Assembly (NCBI GenBank): GCA_963828195.1
Contig: CAWHDT010000005.1
Coordinates: forward strand, 832,001-896,000
Length of the DNA stretch: 64,000 nt
DNA from: Candidatus Bathyarchaeota archaeon
GTDB taxonomy: Archaea > Thermoproteota > Bathyarchaeia > Bathyarchaeales > Bathycorpusculaceae
Direction: 5' to 3'
The notes beneath the pieces were generated by a model. It did no database searches. It was not told where the DNA came from and saw only the letters and a list, made by a program, of their open reading frames with translations. This document shows, piece after piece, positions 1 through 10,100 of the stretch; positions within the stretch are counted from its first letter, which is position 1, and the number at the start of each line of letters is the position of its first letter. The translations under genes and the position numbers were made by a program.

Positions 1-1026
1 GAGGAACTTGACACTTATGCATTAAGACTTGCTTACCTCTGCGGGAGCCATGTTTCGATTGCGCAGCCAATGCTTGATGCATCCTTGCCGGATGGCAGCA
101 GAATTAACCTAACATATGGAAGCGAGGTTACCCGTAAAGGCTCAACTTTTACTATAAGAAAATTCAAGCTTGACCCCTTCACGGTTACAGATCTTGTTTC
201 TTTTAAGTCTCTCTCGCCCGAGATGGCTGCTTTCTTCTGGTACGCGGTAGAAAACAGAGTTTCGATTTTGGTGGCGGGCGGAATAGCGGCTGGTAAAACG
301 ACGTTGCTGAATTGCTTGAGCATGTTCATTAAGCCAGATTTGAAGGTTGTCTCCATAGAAGATACCCCTGAACTGAATCTTCCCCATAAAAACTGGATTC
401 CCGCTGCTACAAGAACCCATTTTGGGCTCGCAACGGAGACTTCGGATATCACCCTTTTCGATCTGCTAAAAGCCGCACTGAGACAGAGACCTGACTATAT
501 CATTGTGGGTGAAATAAGGGGGGCAGAGGCTTACACGCTTTTTCAAGCAGTAAGTACAGGCCACCTTGGAATGTCTACGGTTCATGCGGAATCGGTTGAG
601 TCAGCTGTATACAGGTTAGAGTCGGCGCCAATGAATATTCCAAGAACACTTATCGCCGGAATAGACATAATTCTTGTTCAAAAACGAGTCGAATTAAACG
701 GAAAACCAGTGAGGAAAACGGTTGCCACCTCAGAACTAGTGGGTTTAGATCCGCGTTCTGGAGAAATCTTGACAAATGAAGTTTACAGATGGAACCCCGC
801 ACAAGACACTTTTGATTTTACTGGTAGAAGTTACATTCTGGAAAAGGTAGCTGAAAAAACAGGCGTAACCCCTGAAGAAGCAAGCGAAGAAATCCAACGC
901 AGAACTAAAGTGATCCAGTGGCTAGTCAAGAAAAACATTCGGAACTACAAAGAAGTCTCTGGCATAATCCGAAGTTACCTAGAAAACCCCGAGCCCATAT
1001 TAAAGGAGGCTCTAAACAACGAATAA
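1..1026 (+). CDS. Type II/IV secretion (pilus assembly) ATPase, VirB11/TadA/ArlI family, 5' partial
   Basis: Frame is open from base 1. Walker A GGIAAGKTT, Asp box SIEDTPEL, LRQRPDYIIVGEIRG, His box TGHLGMSTVHA. Confidence 0.95.
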   Translation, partial: EELDTYALRLAYLCGSHVSIAQPMLDASLPDGSRINLTYGSEVTRKGSTFTIRKFKLDPFTVTDLVSFKSLSPEMAAFFWYAVENRVSILVAGGIAAGKTTLLNCLSMFIKPDLKVVSIEDTPELNLPHKNWIPAATRTHFGLATETSDITLFDLLKAALRQRPDYIIVGEIRGAEAYTLFQAVSTGHLGMSTVHAESVESAVYRLESAPMNIPRTLIAGIDIILVQKRVELNGKPVRKTVATSELVGLDPRSGEILTNEVYRWNPAQDTFDFTGRSYILEKVAEKTGVTPEEASEEIQRRTKVIQWLVKKNIRNYKEVSGIIRSYLENPEPILKEALNNE

Positions 1027-1030
1027 AACG

Positions 1031-1879
1031 TTGCTGAACATATCTCTGAGGGTATTTGACAAGGTTCCGACGAGTTTTCTTTCTTCGTTTACTGGTTTAC
1101 AGCAAAACCTGGCTAAAGCTAACTTGAAGATTACCTTTCAAGTGTACGTGGGATTAATGGTTTTCACTTCATTTCTTTCAGGAATTGCAGCGTTCACGTT
1201 AGCAGCGATTTTGTTGCCTTCAATTTTCCTTGCGGTCCCAGTTGGTTTACTTGTCTTTCTTTCATCATTTGGCATCTGTTACGCTTATCCCCAGCTCGGC
1301 ATCTCTTCAAAAGCAAGAAAAATAGACGCGAACCTTCCGCTAACAGCAAACTTTATGGCCGTTCTCGCCAGTGCCGGTATGCCGCCTGAACGAATTTTTC
1401 GTTCCTTAGCTAACGTTGGAGATGAGTTTGGTTTAGGTGAAGAAATGGGCAGAATAATAGGCGACATTGAATTGTTAGGTTTAGATCTCAATGAAGCCTT
1501 AAAAAAGGGTTCTTTGAGGTCTTCGTCACGAAAGTTTGGTGCGTTGCTTGATGGGGTAGTAGCCACGACTCATGTTGGCGGAGATTTGGCTGCTTATCTG
1601 CGGGAAGCGGCGGACAAGTACAAAAAAGTAAGAATTGCATCGATGAAGAGTTACTTGGAGGGCTTAGCTGGTATGGCTGAAGTCTACGTTAGCTTCATGA
1701 TTGCTCTTCCGCTCGCACTTGTGGTTATGCTCTCGATAATGTCGTTTTTGGGCGGTGGCGCATCATTGTTAGGCAACATAAATCCTCAGATGATACTTTT
1801 GCTCTTAGTGTACGTAATAACGCCAGTGGGCTGCACCGTACTTTTATTGATGATTGATTCGATGACTCCACCGAGGTAA
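1031..1879 (+). CDS. Type II secretion F / TadC-like pilus platform membrane protein
   Basis: IDANLP...MAVLASAGMPPE motif, multiple TM segments, directly after the ATPase. Confidence 0.9.
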   Translation: MLNISLRVFDKVPTSFLSSFTGLQQNLAKANLKITFQVYVGLMVFTSFLSGIAAFTLAAILLPSIFLAVPVGLLVFLSSFGICYAYPQLGISSKARKIDANLPLTANFMAVLASAGMPPERIFRSLANVGDEFGLGEEMGRIIGDIELLGLDLNEALKKGSLRSSSRKFGALLDGVVATTHVGGDLAAYLREAADKYKKVRIASMKSYLEGLAGMAEVYVSFMIALPLALVVMLSIMSFLGGGASLLGNINPQMILLLLVYVITPVGCTVLLLMIDSMTPPR

Positions 1880-1884
1880 CGAAA

Positions 1885-2733
1885 ATGCGGCAAATATCAA
1901 AGAAAACACGGCAGTTCACCGTTGCTGTCTCCATTATATTGATTTTCATAGATGTTATCATATTAGCGGTAATTGACCCAAATATCCTGACAACTTACGC
2001 AAACGAAATTTTTCTAATCGCGCTTCTTATAATCTTAATCCCCTCAGCCATACTTGACTACGAAAATCAAAGATGGATGTCGGCGATAGAGGATCAAATG
2101 CCCCTTTTGGTACGCGGAGTTTCGGAATCTCAGGAAACAGGGTTGACCTTAGTTAAAGCGTTAGAAAAAGTGGTTGACGACAAAATGATTGGGCATCCGC
2201 TCTCAGATGAAGTCAAGAAGTTGACGCTTCAAATGGCTTGGGGCGCATCTTTCGAAACCGCTCTGACTAACTTCAAAGAGAGAGTAAATTCGCCAATAGT
2301 GAACAGGTTCTGCGCTTTAGTGCTTGAGGCCAGTCGTTCAGGAGGCACAATAAAGAAGGTTTTCGCTGCCACGTCGGGTTTCATGGAGGAAATGAAAGAC
2401 ATGGACAAGGAAACCAGCGCCCAGATGAAACCCTACATAGTTGTAATTTACGCGGCTTTTGCCGTCTTTGTCGTTGTCGCGGTCCTTCTTGTGCGGTCTT
2501 TCTTTGCTCCCGTGCAAGGTGCGCCGCAAATCATGGGCCAAGGTGCAGTCGGCAGCATTAGCGGATTGAAAGATTTCTTTTACAAAGACATGCTGGTTTC
2601 TGGGGTTACCGGCGGTTTGATGGCTGGAAAACTTGGAGAGCGGAGAATAACAGGCGGCTTAAAACACGCCATAATTCTAACGGTCGTGGGATATGCGATA
2701 TTTTTCATCGCGATTCCGCCAGTTTGGATGTGA
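1885..2733 (+). CDS. Second type II secretion F / TadB-C-like membrane protein
   Basis: IEDQMPLLVRGVSESQETGLTL and WGASFETAL motifs; TM helices. Confidence 0.9.
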   Translation: MRQISKKTRQFTVAVSIILIFIDVIILAVIDPNILTTYANEIFLIALLIILIPSAILDYENQRWMSAIEDQMPLLVRGVSESQETGLTLVKALEKVVDDKMIGHPLSDEVKKLTLQMAWGASFETALTNFKERVNSPIVNRFCALVLEASRSGGTIKKVFAATSGFMEEMKDMDKETSAQMKPYIVVIYAAFAVFVVVAVLLVRSFFAPVQGAPQIMGQGAVGSISGLKDFFYKDMLVSGVTGGLMAGKLGERRITGGLKHAIILTVVGYAIFFIAIPPVWM

Positions 2734-2737
2734 AAAA

Positions 2738-3211
2738 ATGAGAAAGCTTTACAGAAGTAAAAGGGGCCTTTCAACGGTTATTTCAACAATTTTGATGATA
2801 GTGGTCGTTATGGTTGGCATGGCGGTACTGTTTGCCTACGTTACGGTTTACGCTAACAATTACCAGACGGGAACAGGCAGCTCCATTTTGGAGTCCTTGA
2901 CAATAGAGGACGTTTGGATACAAAATTCAAACACGGTGCAGCTTACTGTTTACAATACGGGAACAGCAACAAACTTGGGGACAAATGTTGATCTGACAGT
3001 TGCGGCGATTTACGTAAATGACACTGCGCTAACCACAACTAATTCGTCCTCAGGATCGATTAGCTCCAACGTCTTAGTAGGCGCTGGTGATCATGTTTCG
3101 ATTGATGGTTGGTATTGGTCCTCTGGAGGGTTCCAAAGTGGAAACACTTATGCTTTTAAAATCGTGACCGCGAGGGGTTCAAACTTTGAAGTGCAATACA
3201 CGGATCCTTAA
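2738..3211 (+). CDS. Archaeal type IV pilin
   Basis: ATG at 2738 gives class III signal MRKLYRSKRG/LSTVISTILMIVVV. Confidence 0.88.
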   Translation: MRKLYRSKRGLSTVISTILMIVVVMVGMAVLFAYVTVYANNYQTGTGSSILESLTIEDVWIQNSNTVQLTVYNTGTATNLGTNVDLTVAAIYVNDTALTTTNSSSGSISSNVLVGAGDHVSIDGWYWSSGGFQSGNTYAFKIVTARGSNFEVQYTDP

Positions 3212-3230
3212 GATGGAGTGAAACAGTATT

Positions 3231-3713
3231 ATGAAAAGACTCATAAAAAATCGTAAAGGAACAGCTGAAGTAATCGGCACCATGTTGTTCATCGTTATAT
3301 TGTTGTTCTTCTTCACAAACGTCTATCTGTGGCACGATACAGCCACCAAAGATGCAAATCAACTTTTCTTGCAAAAGATTGGTGCGACGTTTAAAATAGA
3401 ACAAAACGATGGGACTATAGTCGTCACAGCTAACGGTGGGTCAGACATCGCTTTATCTAGATTATGGATAATTGATAACACTTTAAACGCGCATTATTAC
3501 GCTGACTTAGGGAACGTGCAGGTGTCAGCGGGAGGGTCTTTCAATATTACTTTTTCAAATGAAGAAAATTATTATAACCCTTCCAGTCCTGTTGGTGTGA
3601 ACCCTCCGCAGGACGGCAGTATGCAAGTTAATTATTATCCGCCTGGTTACTCCATTACAATCGCGGTTATAAACACTCTAGGCGTAGAAGAATCTACCAC
3701 TTTCCAGCCATAA
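3231..3713 (+). CDS. Archaeal type IV (minor) pilin
   Basis: Class III signal MKRLIKNRKG/TAEVIGTMLFIVILL. Confidence 0.82.
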   Translation: MKRLIKNRKGTAEVIGTMLFIVILLFFFTNVYLWHDTATKDANQLFLQKIGATFKIEQNDGTIVVTANGGSDIALSRLWIIDNTLNAHYYADLGNVQVSAGGSFNITFSNEENYYNPSSPVGVNPPQDGSMQVNYYPPGYSITIAVINTLGVEESTTFQP

Positions 3714-3830
3714 ATCATATTTAAATGCCCCTTTAACCTCTTTCAACTTCAGATCATACCTGCCTACATGTTGAATTATTCTCGGTGTCTACTGAGACTG
3801 CGTGAAAATTCTGCTCGTGATTTTTTTTTT

Positions 3831-3873
3831 AAAAAGAAGAAGAAACCCAGAAAATCGTTTTTCTTCTTCTTCC
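3831..3873. repeat. GAA/TTC hairpin, short copy of the dispersed intergenic repeat
   Basis: aaaaagaagaagaaacccagaaaatcgtttttcttcttcttcc closely matches 26067-26106. Confidence 0.75.
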
Positions 3874-4031
3874 AGACCATCCAAGAATTAACATAACAAA
3901 CCGATTGCGGGAAAAGAGCAATTAAGCTAAGATGCTTATTCGTTGGGGCGTATCGCAGGTTTTCACACAGGCTCTATTAGCTCGTCTAGCAATCGGAGGG
4001 CTGATTTGAGCAATGCAGCAACAACGAATTT

Positions 4032-5204
4032 TTATTTTGGCTTTGAGTAGCGTTCCCTGACTTGAACTCTAATCGGGCGGATAACATTTAAACCAGTGAC
4101 TATCCATTCGCCGACTTCTAAGCTGGATAACTGCTCGCCGCCGCCACCAACCATGTTTTTGAGAAACGCCAAATCCTCTGGATCACTAGTTCTCCCGACG
4201 ATTAGGTTTACCATTTTGGATAAAACTTTTCCGCCAAGCTCAATTGGATGAGACGAAATGAGAATAGATGCTATCCCGTTTTTTGCCATTAGTATTTCTT
4301 GAATTGCCTGGATGGGGAGATTTTCTGCATCTTCAACCACCAAAAGAAAAGGCTGCACGTTTTTTTCTCGTCTACTTTTTGCCAAGGTGTTTACAATGTT
4401 TGCGTAGTATTCGCTTTTTTCGCTAAGACTCAAGTTTTCGGCAGTAATTATTGTGACTTGGCGCTCTTTAATTTTCTCAGCTACTTCACTATCATCTTTA
4501 TCAGCGTTGATTATTGCGGTTTGGAACTTGAATGAATAGTTTTTTGCTGGGTTTGAAGCCGTAGCTATTGTGGAGTATTCGTTGTTTGGATCCAAAATGA
4601 CTACAGGCTGGCTGGTTTTGTTGGCAAGCTCCTCGATTATTACTGTGGCCGTGTAGGTTTTTCCTGCTCCATCAAGAGCAGAAATAAGCGTATGCTTGCT
4701 GGTTAGGTCAGCGGCATCTAAATAACAAGTTACTTGCTGATCACTTGTCGTCTCTTGAGAAGCCCCAAAAATTTCGGCTTTGCCCAAATAAAATGGCTGC
4801 GCACAGGCTTTTCCATCGGTCCCTCGGCTGAACACATCTTCCAAAAATGAGGCGTAGGGCATGTAGACGCGGCTGCCCGGATTTGGAGGCACAAGTAGTC
4901 TGCGTAGCGGCTGAGCTTCATTTCTCAGATCGATGTAACCGATTATTTGCGCCACCGCCAACCTTTTGCCTATACGGTCGCCGATGGTTGAGCCTGCAAC
5001 CTCTTCATAACTGGTAATTTCTTTAACCTCAGCAAGCACCTGGCATGGGTCGCCGTACACTGGATGGTTAAGGCAGACTATATCCTGTTTTTCTATAGTT
5101 TCACGATTTTTCGGTGGACTGACCAAAAAGTTGAATTGAGTGGTGTTTGTCTCACTGCTTAGCAACCCAAAATGTTCTTTTATGCGTATGTTCGCTAGAT
5201 CCAT
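4032..5204 (-). CDS. HerA/DUF87-family ATPase (HAS-barrel-like N-terminus, compact ATPase domain)
   Basis: PPNPGSRVY, HTLISALDGAGKT (Walker A), VILDPNNEY, LLVVEDAE (atypical Walker B). Confidence 0.8.
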   Translation of the reverse strand: MDLANIRIKEHFGLLSSETNTTQFNFLVSPPKNRETIEKQDIVCLNHPVYGDPCQVLAEVKEITSYEEVAGSTIGDRIGKRLAVAQIIGYIDLRNEAQPLRRLLVPPNPGSRVYMPYASFLEDVFSRGTDGKACAQPFYLGKAEIFGASQETTSDQQVTCYLDAADLTSKHTLISALDGAGKTYTATVIIEELANKTSQPVVILDPNNEYSTIATASNPAKNYSFKFQTAIINADKDDSEVAEKIKERQVTIITAENLSLSEKSEYYANIVNTLAKSRREKNVQPFLLVVEDAENLPIQAIQEILMAKNGIASILISSHPIELGGKVLSKMVNLIVGRTSDPEDLAFLKNMVGGGGEQLSSLEVGEWIVTGLNVIRPIRVQVRERYSKPK

Positions 5205-5341
5205 AGAGCGCTAACTCCCTAAAATTATGCTTATTAACTTATCCGAGCGGGAGGATTTTAATATATCGGAAGGCAAGCCACCGCTTGGATTCAATTAATG
5301 AATTGGCAAGAATTGATTTTTTGCTGAATAGCTAGCGCTCA

Positions 5342-5472
5342 TTTGGTTGTGGAACAATCCTCCACCCTTCCTTATATACTGCTCGAAGTTACCTAGCTTC
5401 AACTGGAGAGAAGCATTTTAGCGATTACTCTCTCTCCAAAACAGAAAAGGAGAAAAAATTTTTTGCGAAAAA
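5342..5472 (+). repeat. Left arm of 131-bp perfect inverted repeat (promoter, 5' leader and start codon)
   Basis: Exact reverse complement of 11599-11729. Contains TATA-like cttatata (5371-5378), a tggagaga...tctctcca hairpin, aggag and TTG CGA AAA. Confidence 0.97.
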
Positions 5473-6296
5473 ATATCCGATTTATTTCTTCAAAATCAGG
5501 CGTAACCAGAATGATTGTCATTACGCTAGTTGTAATTATTGCCGTCAGCGGTTTCGTGGCAGCCTTCGCGGCGCTGATGTTACACAAGTCTGCACCCTCG
5601 TCAACACCTAATTCCACTCTTGCACCCACGGCAACGCCTACTTCCTCCCCTCCGCCCTCTGCAAGTCCCACCCCTATTCCAGTAGCAAACCCTTCTGCAT
5701 CACCCACATCTGCGCCAACGCAAGCCCCAACTTCAACGTCGCCAACAACAGCACCGACAGCGGTACCAACAACGGCACCCACCGCGACACCCACTCCGAC
5801 TGCTACACCCACACCAACGCCTACACCCACGCCAATCCCTACGGCAACGCCGACTCCAAATCCTAATTTACACACAGTCAGCTACACAACAATGATGACT
5901 GGAGCCGAGATTGATTATTGGGATACAAGTGCTTCAAGCGGATATACCGCTACATTGCAGGATACAATGACTGTTACAAGCGGGAACCAACAGCTAAGCG
6001 TATGGGCTGAAAGTTCGTTGAATGATGTTAATTCCAATCTTTGGATCTGGAATGTGGAATTTGTGAATAGCACATACTTTCATTATTGGGTAAACACCGG
6101 AGGAGCCAACGGACCAAACGGTTATTTAAGTTGCATAAACGGCGTAGTTTACGTAATTGTAAGCAGCACATCGATAGAGTTTATAGGTGCAACCTCAACC
6201 ACAATAAACACAAGCGTTCAAAGTCTTGTCCAAATTCAAACAATAAACGACGGCGGCAACTTCAACGGTGGAGCGTTAAACATAGGGATACAGTAA
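5463..6296 (+). CDS. Membrane-anchored or secreted protein with Pro/Thr linker and small C-terminal beta domain
   Basis: Basic N-terminus plus hydrophobic segment (possible class III-like KSG/VTR), ~90-aa PT tract, TTG start inside the repeat. Confidence 0.8.
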   Translation: MRKNIRFISSKSGVTRMIVITLVVIIAVSGFVAAFAALMLHKSAPSSTPNSTLAPTATPTSSPPPSASPTPIPVANPSASPTSAPTQAPTSTSPTTAPTAVPTTAPTATPTPTATPTPTPTPTPIPTATPTPNPNLHTVSYTTMMTGAEIDYWDTSASSGYTATLQDTMTVTSGNQQLSVWAESSLNDVNSNLWIWNVEFVNSTYFHYWVNTGGANGPNGYLSCINGVVYVIVSSTSIEFIGATSTTINTSVQSLVQIQTINDGGNFNGGALNIGIQ

Positions 6297-7162
6297 ATTT
6301 GTCATAGCTTTCTGCGTTAAGTTCTCCGCTTAATCCTTGTTGCCAGTGGAATTTACTGTCTTGATTGCAGTATCTAAGGTGCACTCTTGGAGCCATGGTC
6401 ACTCTATCCGTTTGCTTTTTCCATTTCTCATTTTCAACGGTTCACTTTCTGGTCGGAGTGACAATGGGACAGATCTATTCGACCTCAAATAGGACACAGT
6501 TAATTACGAATCCGCCACCCTCGATCATGAAGAACCCATGCCAAGGACAGCTCACTAGGCAAGAAGAAGTCCAATTATTAAAGTTCGCCATTAAGCCGCT
6601 CAACAGTTTCTTTTGTGAATAGCCGTTATCCTATTCCATCTTCAATTCCTTATCCGTCAAAAAAATCTTTAAACTTGACTCTCAACTTAGCGCATTACTC
6701 ACTAAGAATGTTTCTTGCATGATCCTCTCTTTAGATGAGCATTTTCCCACTCGCAAAGTTAGTCAAGAGCAAAGCATAATCTGAAGGAGCTCAGCAGATG
6801 GCCTTCAGAGTCCAGGCGGTAACTTTTGATTTAGCATTAGTTTAATTTGTTTTAGCAATATGCTATATCTCCTTCCAGGAGTTATAAAATGGAATTGAAT
6901 ACTTTGTTGGGTTAGTTTTCTGAACAATTGGATAAGCTGATTAAAAAATCCGAGTTAACTTTAGATAATTTGAAGTTTGAGGGGCAAGATTCAATTTAGA
7001 GTATCCTTTTAGCAATCTTTTCCTTTACTTCAAAATGAGTTTGAAACAAGCTCAGAAAAAAATTTGTATTTGCCCCGAAAAATAAACCATTTAAAACTGA
7101 CGATTCTAAATACTAAAAAAATAAAAAATGGGGGAAAGATTAGATAGTACAGTTTACTGGTG

Positions 7163-10100
7163 TTAAACTGTAAATGCATTGCTGTATTGCTTGTTTTGGT
7201 AGCCAGTAATGTATAGTTGGACGCTGCTCGATGGCGATAGTGTGATTGTGACTGAGACCTCCGAAGCGACGCCGTCCCTGAAGGTTATGCTTGTGGAAGA
7301 GGTTATAGTGCCACTGGTGACTGCTAAGGTTTCAGTTCCTGAAAGACTTGTTATCGTGTTTCCATCTTGATCTTCTGCTGTGATCGAGGCAACAGTAAAG
7401 GCGTGACCTGAAGTTTGAGTAGTGCCAATTGTGCTAAAGACGAATTGGTATAGTGCTCCCGGATTAACGGTGAATGTATTGCTTGTTCCGGACTTGCCGC
7501 TGCCACTTGTTGAGATTGAAATAAATGATCCTGCTTTAGTAAGGGTTATTGAAACTGTGCAAACGCCTGCCGTGAACGCACCTGTGGATGTTGGGCTGAT
7601 GGTTCCAGTTGATATGGTCAACGTGTTGGGACCTGCGTAGCTTGTGACTGTGTTGCCGTATTGGTCTTGAGCCGTAATGACTACGTTGAAGGCTGTGCCC
7701 GCAGTTTGAGTGCCAATGTTTCCGCCGCCATTCGCTGTGATTGCAAATTGGGAGAGAGTTCCCGCAGTAACTGTCAAAGATGCAGTTCCTTTAGCTGTTC
7801 CATCAGTAGCCGTAACTGTCCAAGTACCAGCAGTTGCAGAGGTGTAAACGTTGTCGCCAGGATAATAGCTCCATGACCCACCAGCCCCGGAAGTTATGCT
7901 CCACGTAACTGAGGTTGTGACGCTCCATGTGTTCCCGTATGAGTCAGTTGCTGTAGCGGTGTAAGTTTCTGTGTTCCCCGCCGCGATGGATGCCGATGAG
8001 GGAGCCACTGTTATGCCCGCAATAGTAGCAGAATGGTTTACTGTGAATTGGTTGCTCGCTGCATTAATGCCTGAGGCTGTATCTTTGATGGTGATAACAT
8101 CAGTGGTAGTCGCTTTTGTGATTGTAACTGAAGCAGTTAATACTCCAGCATTAAATGAGCCGGTGTATGTGAGTGACCCAGAGGTATCGGTCAATGTGTA
8201 CGGACCAGCATAGCTTGTCAGGACATTACCGTCTTGGTCATACGCGGTTATTGTTATGCTGAATGCTGTGCCTGCTGCCTGAGTTCCGATGTTACCGCCG
8301 TAGCCGCCTGTGGCTGTAAATGTGAAGTCTTTGAGGGTTGGCGCGTAAACAGTGAATGTGTTACTTGTGCCTGGATGTCCGTTTCCGTCATTTGTCGAAA
8401 TTGAGATTGTGCCTGCGGTGTTGAGCGTAACTGAACCGGTCCATACGCCTGCTACAAACGAACCTGTAGTTGTTGGGCTGATGGCGCCTATAGACGCGGT
8501 CAACGTGTTGGTGCCTGTGTAGCTTGTGACTGCATTTCCGTATTGATCAACAGCGGTTATTTTTATGTTGAAAGCTTCGCCTGTTGCCTGAGTGCCAATG
8601 TTGCCGCCGCTGGATGCAGTGATGTTGAAGCCGCTGAGGGTTGGAGAGTAGATAGTGAACTGCGCTGTTCCCGATGTGTACCCAGGAGTAGCGGCTGTGA
8701 GTGTGGGTGTCCCAGCTGTTGTGTCGATGTAGTAGAAATAGTTCTGGCCATAGTAGAATCCATTGCTGACTGTGATTTGTGTGATTTTAGTGTACACGCC
8801 GTTAGCTAAGGTTGCGAAATAGCCGGTGGCAGAAGATGTACTAAGTTGGACCGTGATAGCCGTGCCCCCATAGTGAGCACCGCCCGTAGTTTCTCGTTGC
8901 ACTTGGATTTCGGTTATGCCCTGTCCAACTGGTTCAGTTGCTGTGTTGGGTACGAAGATCAGTTGGTATTGTGTGACGGTGAATGTTGTGACTGCTGATG
9001 TCACTCCTGTCACTCCTGTGGCCGCGGCTGTGAGAGTTGGAGATTCGTATTGTGAATCGCTGAAGTAGAAACTTGCAGAACTCGAACCGGCTGGAATTGT
9101 AATCGTAATCGGGGTAGTTGTTATCTTCGTAGTCGGATTACTATAGAAAGTTGCTGTAGTTGCGGGATTTGACGTCAAGGTAACTGTAACGCCTCCTGTT
9201 CCAGCATTAACCGGGTTCCCATATTGATCTTGCAGTTGAACCGTAATGACGCTGGAAACCGTGTTGATGGGCAATATTTGGCTTGCACCAACGGTGTAGA
9301 CAAGTTGAGTTGCAGCGGCACCGCTAACTGTGAACGCGTTACTTTGCCCAGTCTTGAGTGTGCCTGAATCAGTCGCCGTAATAATGTCACCTGTATAAGC
9401 TGCCGTGATAGTCACCGAACCAATGTAGACACCGTTAGTAAACGAACCTGTATTCGACAGTGTGATTGAGTTGGAAAGGTCACTGAATGTCGCTGGACCA
9501 GTGTAGCTTGTAACTGTGTTGCCATAAGCGTCTTGAGCCGTGATGGTTACAGGGAAAGATGTACCAGCAATCTGCGGACTACTAATAGTACCAAAAGCAA
9601 AGCTTGCTAAAGCGCCTGGATTAACATTGAACTGGCCGCTCTGCCCAGTCGCACTTGAACTTGAATCAGCCACCGTAATAACATCATTTGTCCACGCTTT
9701 CGTAACAGTCACCTGACTAGTCCAAACACCAGCAGTAAAGGTTGCACTCGCCGGACTAACTGAGCCCGAAAGATCAGTTAACGTAGCTGGACCAGTGTAG
9801 GTCGTAATAGTGTTGCCATAAGCGTCTTGAGCCGTAATAGTTACGCTGAAAGATGTACCAGCAATCTGCGGACTACTAATAGCGCTAAAAGCAAAGGTTG
9901 CCAAAGCACCAGGATTAACAGTGAATAGGCCGCTTTGACCAGCCGCACTTGAACTTGAATCAGCCACCGTGATGACGTCGTTCGTCCATGCCTTCGTGAT
10001 AGTCACTTGACCAGTCCAGACTCCATTAGTAAACGCACCAGTACTTATTGGGCCAATTGAGCCAGAAAAATCAGTTAACGTAGCCGAACCAGCGTAGTTT

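Noticed and set aside
1-3713. Archaellum operon
   Set aside because: No ArlH, ArlF or ArlG genes in the window; two TadB/C-like genes and pilins fit a type IV pilus.
6365-6622. 85-aa ORF inside the putative invertible segment, as a candidate recombinase
   Set aside because: Too short, with no tyrosine or serine recombinase motifs; probably spurious.
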